Below the pieces are notes generated by a model. It ran no database searches, was not told the origin of the DNA, and was given only the letters and a program-made list of their open reading frames with translations. A program made the position numbers and the translations under genes. DNA of 64,000 nt. Origin: Candidatus Poribacteria bacterium (GTDB lineage Bacteria > Poribacteria > WGA-4E > WGA-3G). The DNA is taken from the NCBI GenBank assembly GCA_965215265.1, contig OZ244048.1:4352001-4416000 (forward strand), given 5' to 3'. Positions 10,446 to 21,923 of this stretch are shown here, piece after piece; position 1 is the first letter of the stretch; each line of letters starts with the position of its first letter.

Positions 10446-11108
10446 TTACAAGGTACCGTTAAAATAGAGACAGTGCTCTGTCAACGGACATTTTTCACAT
10501 AACGGTTTTCGTGCGTTGCAAATTTGTCGCCCAAAATAGATAAGGTTCATGTGGAACGGATATGCCTTCCCTTCAGGAATAATCGGGGGTAACACTTTGT
10601 GGGCTTTCTCTGCACTACAATTTGAAGGGACTAAGCCGAGCCGCTTAGAAATGCGTAGAATATGTGTATCCACCGGGAAGACCTCCCGGCCGCACGCGAA
10701 AGAGAGTGTCACACAGGCGGTTTTAATACCGATGCCTTTGTGTTGACATAGCAGCTCCAAAGCCTCTGTCGTTTCCAGGTCATGGATAAATTCTAGCGCT
10801 AGTTCACCATATTCTGCTTGGAGCCAGACGAGGAAATTTTTTATCGTGCGGCTTTTCTGTTTTCCCAGCCCGGCAATTTTTATCGCATCCTCGACGGTTT
10901 CAACAGGGGCATTCAGCACATCGTCCCACGTCGGAAAACGGTGTCTGAGTTGAACAAAGGCTTTATCACGGTTAATATCTGTCGTGTTCTGCGATAGCAC
11001 GGTTAGCATCAGGCTATCCAGGACGTTTTCATTCCCGGCGCGAGTTGGCACCCCGAGTAACGTCTCTAATGTGTCTGAGACAATTGCTGCTTTCTGTTTT
11101 AATTCCAT
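10446..11108 (-). CDS. Endonuclease III / HhH-GPD DNA glycosylase
   Basis: LSQNTTD, GIGIKTA, FPVDTH, 4Fe-4S C-x6-C-x2-C-x5-C. Confidence 0.9.
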   Translation of the reverse strand: MELKQKAAIVSDTLETLLGVPTRAGNENVLDSLMLTVLSQNTTDINRDKAFVQLRHRFPTWDDVLNAPVETVEDAIKIAGLGKQKSRTIKNFLVWLQAEYGELALEFIHDLETTEALELLCQHKGIGIKTACVTLSFACGREVFPVDTHILRISKRLGLVPSNCSAEKAHKVLPPIIPEGKAYPFHMNLIYFGRQICNARKPLCEKCPLTEHCLYFNGTL

Positions 11109-11239
11109 GCTGCAGTAAGAAAAAAAATAGATTTTAATATAGTATACCATGAAGTGGGAAAATGGTAAAGAAAATTTGTGGTGCTTCCCGTTTTATAGGT
11201 GGGCAAAACTGCCTGAATCAGGGTTTTCAGGCGAATCGA

Positions 11240-13180
11240 TTAAAATAGAAAGCGATACATCGGCTTATCAAGCGCAACCGCCAAGAGGCTCCAGAAAGCG
11301 CCGATCACAAATTCACCGAGTACAATGCCGAGAAAGAACGGAATCGCTTTACGGTGTAAACGGAGTCCACCGTACTTGAGTACGAACCATTTAAGGAGCC
11401 AGCCGACAAAGATGGAGCCTACCATCGGATTGATTGCCCAACTGCCTGAGATGGCATAGCCGACGGGATGTAGGTTCCACCAGAGAAACCGCATACGCAT
11501 TGCAGCAAGCAGTAGCGTTAACCCGAATCCGAATGTTGCGAAGCCGATGGCGGGGACATCCGGGGGTGCCGCGTACGTGAGCCATGTTTCTAATCGATTA
11601 AAGGATTCTCGTCCGAATCCGGCGAAACCGCCTTCGGCGTAATACATAGAAAGATATGCCCAAAAGGAACCTAGCGCGCCTAAGGCGGAAGCCAGCATCA
11701 TGAGGAGTGCGAACCGCTTTAATGGGATATTCGCGCCCTCTGCGAGTTTGAATCCTTCTAGTTGATGCGGCATCGCATGCGAACGGTGTGCCCTATTCAG
11801 ACAATAGAGATAGGCGAAGCCGGTTAAGTTTACCGCTCCAAGGCGGCGGATCCCGAATAAGCGCGGTAACATTTCATCTGGGCCGATAAAGTGGAGGTCA
11901 TGTACCGGAGATCCGAGCTCTGCCCGCAGCCGTGCGATCGCAATCGCGATGGCGAACCAGATTAGAAAATAGAGCACAATCACCCAAAACGTCATACCCA
12001 TTTTGAGACAGAAAGCGACGATGAACGCTGCCCCGCCAAGGAGGGCGACGAGTGTGACGCGGTGGGAAACCGGTTCGTCTGGGTGCGGGGACACTACCTG
12101 GCGCACGACCTGCATTAGGTAACGCCGGCTCATCCAGATGGCCAAAACGCAAAGGCCCAAGTAAGCACCATGGGACTGTTCGGCTTCATAAGGAAATCGG
12201 GGTAAACCCCGCCACCCGGCTATCACACCCAGCAGCCGTTCTGCACGCCAAATTAACCAGAATGCCCAACACGAGAAGGAGAGATCAAGTGGAATAAAGA
12301 ACGAAAGCCCCACACCGAAAGGGAACACTCCGAGAGGACTCCACCCGATGCCGTTCCACGGTCTCTCCGTAAAAATCTGCCGCAAATCGTATAGCTTGCC
12401 ACCGAGACTTGGGACAACCGGGAACAGAAAGTTTAGCCCGTTGATGATGTCAATAGAGATGCCAATTGTGAATCCTACCCACATCCACGGTGAACGGAAA
12501 AATCTCGCACGAGACGCGGTCATTTCAAAGGGGAGTTGGATGATCGGGTAACTGAGACGCTCTGACTCTACCCACTGCTTCCGGAAAATTAGACTCAAGC
12601 AGAGCATCACGAGATGAACTGCGACAATGAAGAGCGTCCACCAAAAGATCGCGGGCAACCAGGCAATTAAGTTCGGCTGTTCATAAATGCTTGAAAACCC
12701 GTGATAATAGCCTTCAAGCGCACGTCTATTGCTCACCGCTAACCATTGCGGAATGTGCAGATGAAATAGGTTTATCCAATCATTTTCCGGGGTAGCGAAC
12801 CAGTGCGCGTGCCCGATAATCGGCATTAAAACCAAAAATCTATCGACACCGGCGAGCCCTGCACCGACTGAAATGCAGGTGTAGATGACGAGCAATTCAG
12901 CGCGGTTGAAGGTGAGATGATGATGCAACCGGCGAAAAAGCAGCCCAAAACCGAATAGAATTAAAATCGTGATAACGGCGTTGTAAAATAGGGAGACTTG
13001 CGTTGGGCTTCCACCACCACGGATAATCGAGGCAGATACCCACCAACAGTTCAACGGCACTAAGAGACAGATAAGGAGGATCGCGAATGGCCGAATGCGT
13101 AGGATTTTTCTTTGAACCTTGTTCACCTTCTTTCCAAAGAATAACGAACGTATTCTATCACATTTTTGATCCTGAGACAA
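11240..13180 (-). CDS. Multi-pass membrane protein, DUF6785/DUF6784-like; start uncertain
   Basis: Paralog of 16..2037 (FATPENDW, RKQWVESERLSYPIIQLP). Confidence 0.7.
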   Translation of the reverse strand: MSQDQKCDRIRSLFFGKKVNKVQRKILRIRPFAILLICLLVPLNCWWVSASIIRGGGSPTQVSLFYNAVITILILFGFGLLFRRLHHHLTFNRAELLVIYTCISVGAGLAGVDRFLVLMPIIGHAHWFATPENDWINLFHLHIPQWLAVSNRRALEGYYHGFSSIYEQPNLIAWLPAIFWWTLFIVAVHLVMLCLSLIFRKQWVESERLSYPIIQLPFEMTASRARFFRSPWMWVGFTIGISIDIINGLNFLFPVVPSLGGKLYDLRQIFTERPWNGIGWSPLGVFPFGVGLSFFIPLDLSFSCWAFWLIWRAERLLGVIAGWRGLPRFPYEAEQSHGAYLGLCVLAIWMSRRYLMQVVRQVVSPHPDEPVSHRVTLVALLGGAAFIVAFCLKMGMTFWVIVLYFLIWFAIAIAIARLRAELGSPVHDLHFIGPDEMLPRLFGIRRLGAVNLTGFAYLYCLNRAHRSHAMPHQLEGFKLAEGANIPLKRFALLMMLASALGALGSFWAYLSMYYAEGGFAGFGRESFNRLETWLTYAAPPDVPAIGFATFGFGLTLLLAAMRMRFLWWNLHPVGYAISGSWAINPMVGSIFVGWLLKWFVLKYGGLRLHRKAIPFFLGIVLGEFVIGAFWSLLAVALDKPMYRFLF

Positions 13181-13220
13181 CAGTTTTTTTTGTCTCTCAA
13201 TTCCATCTGATAAGGAGAGT

Positions 13221-14078
13221 TGCGTTGATACAATCTAAAATGCTTTTTTTTCGTGAAAACGGCTTATCTGGCGACGGCTTGTGTTTTGCTCCAAAGTCTC
13301 CAATTCACGAAAAGTTTCACGAGAGGTTTTCATGAGCGTAGACTACCACTGCGTTCATACAATACAAAACCCATTTCTTTCGTGAAACGGCTCATATCGC
13401 AACTTCCTTTGTTTTGCTCCAAAGTCTCCAATTCACGAAAAGTTTCACGAGGGATTTTCGTGAGCGTAGACTACCACTGCGTTCAGAAGATTCGACATGC
13501 GTTTTTTCGTGAAACAGGCTTATCTGGCAGTTTCCTCTGTTTTGGTTGGTGGTATGCAATTCACGAAAAGTTTCACGAGGGATTTTCGTGAGCGTAGACT
13601 ACCACTGCGTTCAGAAGATTCGACATGCGTTTTTTCGTGAAACAGGCTTATCTGGTAGTTTCCTCTGTTTTGGTTGGTGGTATGCAATTCACGAAAAGTT
13701 TCACGAGAGGTTTTCGTGAGCGTAGACTACCACTGCGTTCATAAAATCCAAAGCCGTTTCTTTCGTGAAAACGACTTATCTGGCAGCTTCAGATGTTTTG
13801 CTCCAGAGTCTCCAATTCACGAAAAGTTTCACGAGAGGTTTTCATGAGCGTAGACTACCACTGCGTTCATACGATACAGAATCCGTTCCTTTCGTGAAAC
13901 GGCTCATATCGCAACTTCCTTTGTTTTGCTCCAGAGTCTCCAATTCACGAAAAGTTTCACGAGAGGTTTTCGTGAGCGTAGACTACCACTGCGTTCATAA
14001 ATACAAAGCCGTTTCTTTCGTGAAAACGGGTTATCTGGCAGCTGCCTCTGTTTGACTACAAACTATCCAATTCACGAA
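13221..14078. repeat. 128-bp-period non-coding tandem array (six full units plus flanking partials)
   Basis: GCGTAGACTACCACTGCGTTCA starts at 13336, 13464, 13592, 13720, 13848 and 13976; detached partial unit near 14235-14292. Confidence 0.95.
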
Positions 14079-14199
14079 TGGAGGCGGTTATCGCCGAAGC
14101 AGCTTCGGCCCCAAAGTCGTCGCCACTTCGCGCAGACGCGTTTGAAATAAATCTTGATATCCTTATCTATCTGCTTAGGCTCTTAACTTCTCATGATAA

Positions 14200-14229
14200 A
14201 GTATAGCAGCGTCTCTGCTTTTTTGTCAA
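14200..14229 (-). promoter_or_regulatory. Sigma70-like promoter facing the 128-bp array
   Basis: TTGACA-N18-TATACT on the minus strand. Confidence 0.5.
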
Positions 14230-14324
14230 CGTCTTTTTTCGTGAAAACGGCTCATATCGTAACTTCAGATGTTTGGCTCCAAACCGCAATTCTGGTGGGT
14301 TGCTATAATATAGAGCGTGGTGCT

Positions 14325-17300
14325 TCATACTGTCATCCCTGCGTCGCGATACGTCTGTTCTATGAGTTGAATTTCTTGCGGCGTTAACTCATATAACTGA
14401 TAGACTAAGGTATCTATCTCTTTCTCAAGTGCGTTCACGGCATCGCCGTTGGGTTCTGCCAATATCTGCGCGACGAGGCGTGAGAGTGCGGCTTTCTGTG
14501 CTTCTGTTCTATTGGCTATCGGGACATGTCGCATGTATTGAGCAATGAAACGCAAGCCACCACCTATCCACGGATCGTTAAGGCTCTGAAACTTATATTT
14601 GGCATACCAATCAAAAAGTTGGCTGTTCAAAATTGCAAGCAAAGAGAGATCCTCAGTAGGTAAGATGTAGGTAGTCTGTAAGGAAAAAGCGTTTGCGGTA
14701 TCATAACACGCACGCATAGATGAGCTAATATCCGGATAGATGATCTTCGGCTTTTCGAACGCGTCGTAATAGGCGCACGAACGCAACTCCCAATAGAATT
14801 TTCCCTGGTTATCACGGGGTAAAAGCCGCTCTTTATAGCGTATTAGATGGCGATGGATTGCTGGATAGGTTTTTTCAAAAATCTGTTCGGCTTCAGATTC
14901 GCTTGCTGCGTTTGACCAGGGCCACTGTTTATTGGCACTGCTGGCTATTGCTATCAAGTGCTCGTTTGCTGATACCGCTTTCCATTTTTTGAGATTCCGC
15001 CCTCGCAGTAAAGGTTTTATGAGTTGTGCGCTTTTGGCATCCTCTGCTATTAGCTGCTGACAGAGAGATTCATCTATGATAAATGCTTCATTGTATCCGG
15101 TGAAGATACCAATATAAAGTTGACCTTGTATTGATTCGCTGAATGATGTTCCCGTGTGTTGCAATTTCTGTAGTAGGGCGAGTGTTTCTGTGCGTGCTAA
15201 CGTCCATTCTTCTGAAGACAAATAGGCGAGCTGCATCGGGAATGCCTGCGTTTGAAATGCTTTCCGGACGTTAAATTCCTTTGAAACATGCCTTAGGGTT
15301 GTCGCATGGAGGGTGTGGTTTGGAGTAGGTGGCGACTTTTGAACGAGGAGAATGGATGCATTTACTGCTGCGTCAAAGACGGAAAGGCTGCCGAAATCCA
15401 AAATTGTTTTTAGTGCCATCTCAGCGGTTAGGAATTGGCGTAGTTTTTTTCCGTAGCCGCTGCGCATAAACTTGTTTGTGCAGATGTAGGAGAGTAAACC
15501 ACCTTCTCGTAGTAGTTCGGCTCCGCGTTTGTAGAAGTAGACGCTGATGTCTGCCATGCCCGTAAAGAAATCACCAAATTGTGTTTTCAAGGTAGGTTTG
15601 AGATGGTGAATTTTGTGGTGTCGGATGTAGGGTGGATTGCCGATGACGATGTGAAAGCCGTGGTGGATGCCGAACATCCATGCGGGTTCAAAGAAATCGG
15701 CGACGGCGTTCTGGTTGTATGGATTCCAGTCTGCGATTTTCTGTGCCTCTTCTACGCTGGCTGTTAGCTTTTGCTGACGAATTGCATACGCTTTCTCGAG
15801 TTTTTCTTGGAGTTGGTTGCGCGCCTCCTTTTTTGGCAGCTGCGCAATCTGTTGGGATATCCGGCTTTGCTCCTGCACCGTCCACTGTTCCGACTGTGTT
15901 CTTAGCGCGAGTGCCAATTTTTCACGGCACTTTTCCTCTTTTCGCATCGCCTCAAGTTTTTGCCGACGGGTGCTGCCGGAGAAGTGTTTGGCGCGGATGA
16001 CTTCAATGTCGTTGCGGAGTTGTTGGATGGTGTCTGTTTCCAGCAAGCGCTGAAAATCCGTTTCTTTTGCCCCCTTCAAGCCGATGAGGGTGTTTGCGGC
16101 AACGAACTTCGTCTCCAAGTTGGGGAGGGGTCTGATGCCGTAGTTGTCGTCAGGGTTCTGGTTGGGTATCTGCTCGATGATGAGAGAGATGAAAAAACGG
16201 AGTTTGGCTATTGTGACGGCGATGGGTTGTATATCTATGCCGTAGAGGGAGTTTTGGATGAGGTAGAGTTTGCGTCCGTAGTCGTTGTAGTGATTCGCCT
16301 TGGAGAAAACTGCCTCAATTGCCTGCTTTGCGCTTTCTCGGCTTTGGACGTCTGGTATGTTCTCAGCTTGTTGAAGTTGTCGCTGTTTCCAGTTTTGATT
16401 CTGCGGATCGAGTTTTCGGAGGATGAGCACGAGTTTATTGAGGATGCCCATAGCGAAAGCCCCGGAGCCGACGGCTGGATCTATGACTTTGAGTTCGTTT
16501 ATCGCCTGAATGAGGGGTTGAATTTCCTCTGGATGAATGAGGTGATGTGCGTCTTCATCAATGTTGCCTTGGGAATCGTAAGCGAGGAGGTCTTCGCGGA
16601 GGCGTTCCTCAAGGTATTGTGTGTCGCCGTCGTAGGGTTTGACGTTTTGGATGAGATAGGCGCTGAGTGCCTCGTCTACCATGTGTTCAACGATTTGGCG
16701 GGGTGTGTAGTAAGAGCCTGTGGCTTTGCGTGCGGTGGATTGCGTTTCAGGGTTATAGGTGCCGAGCAGGTTTTCAAACACTTGTCCGAGGAGCTCTGGA
16801 TCGAGCGCGACTTCTTGTTCAATGGGTGTGTTTTCCTCGACAGTAAACTTATAGTGAGCGAAGAGAGGAAAGAGTCCGTGTGTTTCGTCAAAGAAGAGTT
16901 TTGCGGGGACGTGTAATTTTTGCCGAACCGTTTTGTTATCAGAGAAACAGTCTATTCGGACACCGCCGTCGCCGGTTGCCTCAAAGGTATCCAAGCAGTC
17001 AAATAAGCCGCCGTTGACAAATGGGACGTGCTTTAGGTGTTGAAGGAAGGTTTGGGGTGATTGCAGCAAGTCAGCATAGCGATATTTGCTTGAATCGCGA
17101 TGGCTCCTGTTATCGTGTGTGCTAAAGGTGCGTTGATTTATGGGTGTGTTGAGAGTAGCAAAGAATAGATTTTGGAGGATGGCTTGGTAGTAGTCGGATG
17201 TGTCGGGGTTAAAGTTTTTGAGGTGTGCGTGCAGGCTGTTTTCTGTCGTGGCGTTCGGCAGAAGACTTAACGTCTGTAAGGGGGGGGGTATTCAGACTGT

Positions 17301-18232
17301 TGGTTGTTTTGCAGGCTTACCTGCCTATTCTGTTCAGATTCTTCAGACAGCTCGTTGTTTTGCGTGCCCGCCTGCTCTTTCTGCTCGGAATCTTCAAAAA
17401 GCCACTCGGGGACAAGCCCTTTTTCTTTCAAGAACCATATAAAGAGCAGCCGCGTGATGAGCCGGATGATGTGTGCTTCGGAACCCAACGGATTCAGCTC
17501 GGCTGTCGGGAACTTCGCTTCCCTCACTGCCCACTCGAACCAGTTGAACAACCTTCCGTAGAACTGCTTGTTGAGCGCTTCGGTGTTGAGTTTCGCTAGC
17601 CAGGCGGATAGCAGCCCCTCGAAGTTTTTCTGTTTCTTATTTGCGTCAATCCACTTCACGCATTCTGTTAGTGACAGCTCAGAGAGGATATCCAGATGCG
17701 CACGGTGCGGCGCCTCAAGACGAATATCCTTGATGAGTGTCACTTGCTGGAGAACATCGCGCCCTGGGTGGTGCGCGTGTGGACGGCGTCCCACAAAACC
17801 GAGGGTTAGCCGGGTTGACACACGAAATAACACCACCGTCGGAACAATCAGACGCTTGTTGATTTCTCGCGTCAATTCTGCGTACGCACCGCGGGAGTAG
17901 GTTTTCTCTTTTAGTTCTACCGCGAAGAAAAAGAAACTTTCCGCATCGTTTCCTTCAAAGAGTTCTAACCGCTGTTGCGTTTCGCCATCTATTTCTGCGT
18001 CTGTGAGTTGGAAGATGAAGTGTATCGAGGCTGCGTGGTTTCGGAGGGCTTGTTCTGTTTGGGTGTTTCGGTTGAATGCGGGGAAAGTCTCTATAAAGTC
18101 GCCGGCTGTTCCAGAGAATGCTTCTGTCAAATCGCTGCGGTAGCCGAGCGTGGCGAGCAGGTTTTTCGCAGTTTGTAAAAAGGGGCCAGTGCATATTGCA
18201 GCGAGAGCCTCTCTGATGTGTTCTTTGTTCAT
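14325..18232 (-). CDS. Type IIG (Eco57I/TaqI-like) fused restriction-modification enzyme, frameshifted at a C9 tract (17280-17288)
   Basis: IDPAVGSGAF, IGNPPY, C-terminal specificity domain; the downstream frame is open from 17279 (SDYYQAILQNLFFATLN) and joins the upstream ORF with 10 or 7 C. Confidence 0.85.
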
Positions 18233-18709
18233 GCGTTTGCTCCTCTGGGGCCATGCGGTTGAGGGACGAGGCTGGGCTTTGTGAGTTTATTGTGCATGCG
18301 GTTGTCTCCTCTGATAAGCAGGTTTTCAACATTGTCAGGCAGATTTTTATGGTGTTCACATTAATATATCATATTTTAAAAAAAATTGTAAGAGAAATGT
18401 GGGGCATCTGATTTAGCGGCACTTTTTTTGTGAGTTGCGGGTGGGGGCGATGGCGGAGTCTGTGTATGAGAAAAGCTATGAGTCCGCGCGGCGCAAGAGA
18501 GCTGCGAAAAAGGCGACGCGAACCCTCGGACAACGAGGAGCCGGAGGTCGCAGCAACAGAAACACAAAAAACTTCAGTTTCATCTCTTCCAAGCCGTTCA
18601 AGCGCTAAAAAAGGCGAATTTGGTCACGACATGTAAAAATTCATAGAAATGCAACAATTCTGTCAAAAAAGTAAAAAAGTTTCGGTTTAGGTTAAACTAA
18701 ACATATTTG

Positions 18710-18737
18710 TTGACAAATTCACGCGAAGCCGTATAAT
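18710..18737 (+). promoter_or_regulatory. Sigma70 promoter
   Basis: TTGACA-N16-TATAAT. Confidence 0.6.
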
Positions 18738-18869
18738 TAAAGTTACCGACCAAGGGTGTCAGTTTCTTTTTGGGCGAGGGCCGATATTCTTTTTATTCAA
18801 ACACCGGAACGGAGATTTTTGTCGTGTCCTGACGGCAGGCTCCCGATCATCACAAAGGTCTCAAAAACG

Positions 18870-20483
18870 ATGCCTCTGAGCAATAGAAAAAAAATTGTTA
18901 TAATCAGTCTAATCGCATTTATTGGAATTATTATTTTGCTGTCTATTATTTATCATCGTACGTCGCTTTGGAAACCGGAGCAGCAGCTTATCACGCTACT
19001 CCCAGAAAATCCTGTGGGTTATGTGAGTTTCAAAGAAGTTGAAGGGTTCGTCCAAACGTTTACCGGCAGCGAATTCGGGCAGCAGATGTCAGAAATTCCG
19101 CTTATTGCTAAAATTAAGACGCAACTTTGGTGGAGGCAGCTCGTCGATCAGAAGCAGCTATGGGAATATGAGATGGGTGGCAAGCTCGACCTCCAAGCAG
19201 TGAAGGCATATTTCGGCGAAGAAACCATTCTCGCGCTGTACCGACGCGACGAAGAAATTACATTCCTCTTGATTAGCGCGCTCGGCGCGACGGAGAAATT
19301 GGCTATTGAAGCGATGACGGCGACTGACGCGATTAACCCGAAATACAGACGCACCCGAACCGAACACGCGGGTTTCACAATTAATACAATTACGGGGTAC
19401 CCGCGTGATTTTAGCTACGCCTTTATCGGAAAAATCGGCATTTTGAGCCTCAGTTACCCCTTGCTCACGGAGGTGCTTGATATCTACATGGGCAAAAAAC
19501 AGCATTTCCTTCAGCAGCATCCGATGCAGGAAACTATTCAGAGAGACTATGGTCGTGACAAGAGTACTGTTTACATGGATATTCCACGCCTACTCACCTC
19601 ATTTGTCAAGACGAACGAACGTTTGCTGCATTTTGTTGAACAAGTTCATCCGCTATTGGGTAAAACGGAATTCTGGACTTTGGGGAACCGGTATGAGGAT
19701 GGCATAATTCTGTCACGTCATCGTGTTCGCAATCAGACAAAGGAAGGCGCAAATGTCAGTACGTTCCCTCAGCTGCATCCGGGTATCAGTGCACTTCTCC
19801 CGGAAAGAACTGCCTTGGTCACCGCTGTTCCACTCTCATCTCAGATAGAGACGTTTGTTCCCAATCTTGATTTATCCGAGTACTTAGGTGCGGAATTGGT
19901 GCTCGGGTTAATCGCCGCGGAAGCAGAGCAGCTGTCCGTTGTGCCTTCGGTCATTCTGCTGGCTCCTGTTAAAGCCGCGGGGGGGTTGAGAGCCGAATTG
20001 GAAAACCTGAAGGCGCGAAAAATCTCTATTGCGGGGCAACCGCTTCAATTCCTCGCGCCGCAGGACTACCGGGGTACGCGCCTCCATCCGTTCCAACTGC
20101 GCTTTAATTTTTTGTTGGCACTCACAGGAGGCTATGCTGTTGTCAAGGATTACCTTGTGTTCAGCACCACGCTCGCTAGTTTGAAATCTGTGGTGGATGC
20201 GAGCTTAGCGCCAACTCCGACATTAACCGATGCGGTGCTTAACACGAAGGCCGGTTCGATGCAGACTTTTGTTCAGCCGCATCTCTTTGTTCCGGAATTG
20301 AAGCGATTTTTGGTGATGGTTACGTTGCTGACCTCGCTATCCGGTCAGGATTCGGATGCTGAACTGATTGAGCAGTTCCAAGAGAATCTGTTTCCGCTGG
20401 AGGCGCTCGGTCCAATTTCTGCTGAGGTGCGGCGCACGGAGGACGGTGTGGATATCGAATTTCGGATTGTTTTGGAAGAGTAA
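18870..20483 (+). CDS. Membrane-anchored hypothetical protein (DUF3352-like)
   Basis: N-terminal TM after RKK; long ORF; GYAVVKDYLVFST motif. Confidence 0.6.
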   Translation: MPLSNRKKIVIISLIAFIGIIILLSIIYHRTSLWKPEQQLITLLPENPVGYVSFKEVEGFVQTFTGSEFGQQMSEIPLIAKIKTQLWWRQLVDQKQLWEYEMGGKLDLQAVKAYFGEETILALYRRDEEITFLLISALGATEKLAIEAMTATDAINPKYRRTRTEHAGFTINTITGYPRDFSYAFIGKIGILSLSYPLLTEVLDIYMGKKQHFLQQHPMQETIQRDYGRDKSTVYMDIPRLLTSFVKTNERLLHFVEQVHPLLGKTEFWTLGNRYEDGIILSRHRVRNQTKEGANVSTFPQLHPGISALLPERTALVTAVPLSSQIETFVPNLDLSEYLGAELVLGLIAAEAEQLSVVPSVILLAPVKAAGGLRAELENLKARKISIAGQPLQFLAPQDYRGTRLHPFQLRFNFLLALTGGYAVVKDYLVFSTTLASLKSVVDASLAPTPTLTDAVLNTKAGSMQTFVQPHLFVPELKRFLVMVTLLTSLSGQDSDAELIEQFQENLFPLEALGPISAEVRRTEDGVDIEFRIVLEE

Positions 20484-20506
20484 GCGTGTAATGTTGGAAC
20501 TCACGC

Positions 20507-20781
20507 TTTCGTATATTTCAGCCCGACACAAATTGCTGAAATGAACACCCTAGCATAAATTTCGTTCTTTCGTCTATAGGAGCCCCATAAAGGCGTTTGT
20601 TATGTAAAATCCTGTGAAAACCTCGCCAGAGCCATCTGGTGCTATGCCTAAGAAGTCCCCGACGAGATGTGCACAGTGATTGACAACGCCTGATGCGTTG
20701 ATGGGCTCCAGTATACAAAAAGACGAGATTTACACCCGAGCCATCAAGGCATAGGCATTGACGGTACGGAGATATATAACA
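20507..20781. mobile_element. Cluster of four dispersed-element copies (two minus, two plus; includes a tail-out dimer)
   Basis: TATATTTCAGCCC, TATAGGAGCCCC, GGGCTCCAGTATACAAAA and GGTACGGAGATATAT arms. Confidence 0.7.
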
Positions 20782-20789
20782 GAAAAGAG

Positions 20790-21878
20790 ATGCTGAGATT
20801 TGCACAGATTGCCCGTTTTCATGGAGTAGGCGCTCGATTTGAGCTCACCAAATGTCCCATTCCTTTTCTGGGGGCTCATTCCGTTTTAATACAGGTACGG
20901 TTGGCGGCAGTCTGTGGTTCTGACCTGCACACAATTAGCGGAAGACGCGCCGCGGTCTTACCGTGTGTGCTTGGACACGAAGTCGTCGGAACCGTTGCAG
21001 CGCCTACACAAGTACGCGCTGCAGATGGAGCACCCTTAGGCATAGGCGAGCGAGTGACATGGAGCCTCACGGCATCATGTGGGACATGTTTATATTGTGT
21101 GGCGAGAAATCTCCCGCAAAAATGCGAGCGGTTGTTCAAATATGGGCATGCACAAGACAACGGTGCAGGTGCATTGAGCGGCGGTTTTGCGACACATATT
21201 CTGCTTCGACCGGGGACAACGATTTATCGCATCCCTGATACGGTAACGGATGCCGAGGCGGTTTCTGCGAATTGTGCGCTTTCTACCGTTATCAATGGAC
21301 TTGATGCCATCGGAATGCAATCAAGCACGACGGCTGTGGTGCATGGGGCAGGCATGTTGGGTATCTATGCAGTCTGCTATCTACGTGAGCAGTCATATCA
21401 GACTGTGGCGGTTGTGGATAAAAATGCCGCGCGTTTGCAAATCGCTGAGCAGTTTGGAGCTACACATACCTTTAATATGGACACGGTTTCGGCGGCAGAA
21501 ATCGGGAACGTCTTGAAACAACACACGGATGGGCAGGGCGTTGAGCTTGCGGTGGAAGTGAGCGGTGCGCCGTCCGCGCTCCCGGCGCTTGTTGATTGGT
21601 TGACGACCGGCGGGAAGTGTCTCACACTCGGCTACGTTTATCCGGAGGCAGAAGTCTCGCTCGACGCGCACCAATTGGTCACAAAATGTTTAACGCTCCG
21701 CGGTTTCCATAACTATCATCCGGAGGCGGTTGGTAAGGCAGTTCGATTTTTAGCGCGAACGCGGGAGCGTTATCCGTTCGCGGCGCTTGTTGGTAAGATA
21801 TATCCGTTATCTGAAATTGATAGCGCGGTTGTTCATGCAATGCGACAAGAGGCTATCCGCATCGCGATTCAACCGTAG
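20790..21878 (+). CDS. Zinc-dependent alcohol dehydrogenase (resembles the HpnZ-proposed phosphonate-associated family)
   Basis: CGSD, GHE, CGTCLYC..LPQKC..LFKYGH, GAGMLG. Confidence 0.8.
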   Translation: MLRFAQIARFHGVGARFELTKCPIPFLGAHSVLIQVRLAAVCGSDLHTISGRRAAVLPCVLGHEVVGTVAAPTQVRAADGAPLGIGERVTWSLTASCGTCLYCVARNLPQKCERLFKYGHAQDNGAGALSGGFATHILLRPGTTIYRIPDTVTDAEAVSANCALSTVINGLDAIGMQSSTTAVVHGAGMLGIYAVCYLREQSYQTVAVVDKNAARLQIAEQFGATHTFNMDTVSAAEIGNVLKQHTDGQGVELAVEVSGAPSALPALVDWLTTGGKCLTLGYVYPEAEVSLDAHQLVTKCLTLRGFHNYHPEAVGKAVRFLARTRERYPFAALVGKIYPLSEIDSAVVHAMRQEAIRIAIQP

Positions 21879-21923
21879 GGGCCCTTTTTTTACTCAAATC
21901 TGAAAATAGATTGGCTACAAACT

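Noticed and set aside
13253-14055. ORFs 13253..13591 and 13765..14055
   Set aside because: Chance read-through of a repeat whose period is not divisible by 3
13221-14078. Canonical CRISPR array
   Set aside because: The period is 128 nt, the variable blocks are homologous to each other (some near-identical) and there are no cas genes in the window
15960-16916. 318-aa plus-strand ORF
   Set aside because: Antisense shadow of the type IIG gene with no recognisable motifs
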